The notes below the pieces were generated by a model. That model did not search any database, had not been told where the DNA came from, and worked only from the letters and a program-made list of their open reading frames with translations. A stretch of DNA of 63,962 nucleotides, counting the filler, from Choristocarpus tenellus KU-1152 (taxonomy: Eukaryota; Protista; Phaeophyceae), in assembly GCA_964200185.2 (NCBI GenBank). It is 9 parts of 9 records of this genome, joined end to end, with 100 filler letters (N's around TTAATTAATTAA, not from the genome) between each part and the next. Parts side by side here need not be neighbours in the genome. Positions count along the whole stretch, not along the records: positions 60,803 to 63,962 come from CAXNAD020021870.1; 8 more parts are not named here. One strand, given 5' to 3'. Below, one piece after another: positions 61,420 through 63,962 of the stretch (within the stretch, counting starts at the first letter, position 1; every line of letters begins with the position of its first letter). The translations under genes were made by a program, and so were the position numbers.

Positions 61420-63962
61420 GTACTAAGTGAGACTTGAATGGGGTTGGGTGTGAATACACTGCCGTGGGTGATTTTGATAGAGTTGTGGTGAGGACAGAGA
61501 TATAAGTATGGTGAGTGAGTGAGGAGGTGCAATTTATCTGTAGAAGTAAAAGTAAAGGTGGTGCTTTGGAGGAGTTGGTTGTCTTGACGGTGTGGGGTTG
61601 TCCTAATCAAAGAGGCGTCTATAATGTGTTTTTGATCTTTGAAGAGATTGACTTGAAGATCGACTTGCGTAGTTAGCAAGCGTTTAACTTTTAGTGTGAG
61701 AAATGCTTGAAAGGTTGGGATTGTATGCTATATCATGACTAGTCCTTGCACTTGTAATAGGCTGGTCCATGATTGAAGAAGGAAGGGTGTGTACTATGCT
61801 TGGGTGTTGGCCTCTAGGATTAATACTTGAAATGATCATTTCTGCAGGCAAAAAGATTCTGCCTCGATGTACCTTTACCATCCTGTATCCCTGTCCCTAA
61901 ACTTCATTTCAAGCCACATTTCACCTTGTACAGTACATACAGTACAGTACAGGGCGAGAACGGTATCATCAAAATTTCAGGCTCGGATAAGGTGTCCCAA
62001 ATTGTCAATTTAAAGCACTTACAAATATAATTCGAATCAACCACAAAGGATTTCTGTGTACTAATTCCAGTCAAATAGTAGACTTTCCACACAGTACAAG
62101 AGAGGTAGACGAGATAAGATAAGAGAAGACGTGCCAAACACCAATCGACAAGGAGTGCTGTGTGGAAGGTCTTTCAGTGGTCCTGGTAAACAAGATGGAA
62201 CTGGGCCGCTGAGTGACCTCGGTGAAACGTGTTTTTTAATGGGACGGATGCAGGACCATCAGAGATTCCAAGCAGGCCAGACCACAGGCTGACCCCGGAA
62301 AAAAAACAAAAAAACAAACATGGTTAGACATGGGACAGTCCTGGGTCATTAAGCAGTGTAGCCAAACCTGACTGCGAGTCGACCTGCAGCCCTGTTGAAC
62401 TTGTAGACGATACAGAGGTAGCCTCCTTTAGCCTCCTTTAGTTCTTGGTCCATCATTGAAATGATGACAATATTCGTACCTGGAGGTGTTGTGAGTAGCG
62501 TATGTATATTTCCACATATATTTTCGACAATTTGGGGGTTCCGTCCGTCATGTTTTGACTGTTCCAGTCCGGTGAACATAACGTTTATTTTCTCGGGTAG
62601 CCAAGAGTAAACAAGAGCTGTAGCCGGTCCGAGCTGTGTTTACTTTCACTCAGTATGTACATTTGAGTGAAGGTAGAGGGTCCCCGGTGGATGGACGGAC
62701 TATATCGTCTCATCAAACGGTTCACATTAGTGGCGAATAGAATTGGCGCGTGTCGTTGACTCCTCAAAGGTACGTGTAACCCCAGGTAGCGATGTGGACC
62801 GGTCCTGAAAAAAACATGTCTTGTTTCAGGACCGGTCCGGGCCATCAGAACTTTCAACTGAACCGGGAAGTGGACTGACCCCGGCAAAGTACACTTTTTC
62901 AGGGCAAGCCTAAGACCATCAGCGATTGTAACTGGGTTGGCAACCCCGGTCGAGGCAGCTGGTCCAGTTAACTGCCAGTCAAGTAAAAAAAAAATACCTT
63001 TGGTGAGGACGTAGAGCCCCCCGACTGGTGGGGGGTCCATTTTTTGTATTTTTTGGGGAGGGTGGGTCGGAGTAGTCTGTACTTGTGTACTAAGTAGTCT
63101 GTACTTGTGTACTCATTTCCACTACCATTCACGTGTACGCTTTGATCTGGTGTCTGAGAGGCTTTTACAACTACACTAGTTGTGCACAAAATTAACGGCT
63201 GAAGGATCGTAAAGTGGAACATGATGGAATTTGGAATTGAGGAGTTGTTGCAGGTACCTTCACATTTTTGGTATTTTTGTGGCTTCACAGTGTTGTTGCA
63301 AGTACTACAGGTACTTGCTGTGGTCTTCAGGTGGTAGTCGAGGCACTCTCTTTGTTGTTACTGTCTTTGTTCCTACTCTCTTTCCTGTTCTTGCTGGCCT
63401 CCAGTGCATTCATAGCAACTTGACTCTACCAGGTGTTTGTTGCACAGGGGGGGCAAAAGAGCTGCACAACACCTGGGGTCCAAATAGTTTCGTTTGTAGG
63501 TCAAAATACCCCCGGTTGTTGAAAACATGTGCTCCAGTTGTGCCTGTGTAGCAGGAATGACTGGCCAGAATGGGGGTGGGCAAGAGGTTGGCTAGGAGTG
63601 GGGAGTTTTTATGTATTTGTTGGCGGTGAAGATGGTGTCTTCTCACCGTTGGATGAATCGAATCGTAGGGTTAGGATCTCTACAGTGGCCGTTTTTGCTT
63701 TTAGGAACGCAGTTCTCAAGCTCCTCCGTAGTAAACTTGAGTGGATGAGATGTTTCTAATGGGGACAAGGTCAGGGCATCGAAGAGCATGCATGGCAGTG
63801 ATCTTATCGTGACCAGTGTCATGATATGTCTGCCTACAGCATAGGGGTGCCACAGGGTGACCCTAATGATTACGCGTCGCTCCATTTTTGTTGATGTTGA
63901 TGTTGGTGTTGGTGTTGATGTTGAAAGGGGAGGATGGGTGAAGATCCACCTCTATCTATCCC

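Noticed and set aside
62200-63962. Several 76-151-aa ORFs at the window end
   Set aside because: No motif or exon structure I can support; the next CDF exon (VHDLH-type motif) was not found.

Overview
This is eukaryotic, intron-rich, transposon-rich DNA from a draft assembly. It is not one continuous locus: eight identical 100-nt linkers (44 N + TTAATTAATTAA + 44 N) split it into nine pieces, so adjacency across linkers cannot be trusted. Short phase-consistent exons, plant-mariner-type transposases, TTAGGG motifs and stramenopile-like proteins suggest a stramenopile such as a brown alga; this is inference and not checked. Spliced genes reconstructed by hand: a decayed secreted DUF6492-like pseudogene, the 3' part of a ZRANB3-type HNH nuclease gene with a GC-AG intron, a large orphan gene, a complete 3-exon 120-aa DUF3147-like membrane protein, the 5' part of a PCMTD-like methyltransferase, part of a DENN-domain gene, an ankyrin-like gene, a p25alpha/EF-hand-like gene and one CDF/ZnT transporter exon. 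Mobile DNA: two related MITE families (about 22 copies or fragments), two plant-mariner-like families (DD40D and DD37D spacing), and Copia and LINE remnants. I found no CRISPR array, rRNA or tRNA. I cannot demonstrate a new multi-gene system. The best leads are the MITEs with mixed 3/4-bp TSDs that fit no superfamily cleanly, the intron-bearing gene of prokaryote/giant-virus-like type, and a hairpin tandem array. All family assignments are motif recognition by eye; no searches were run.
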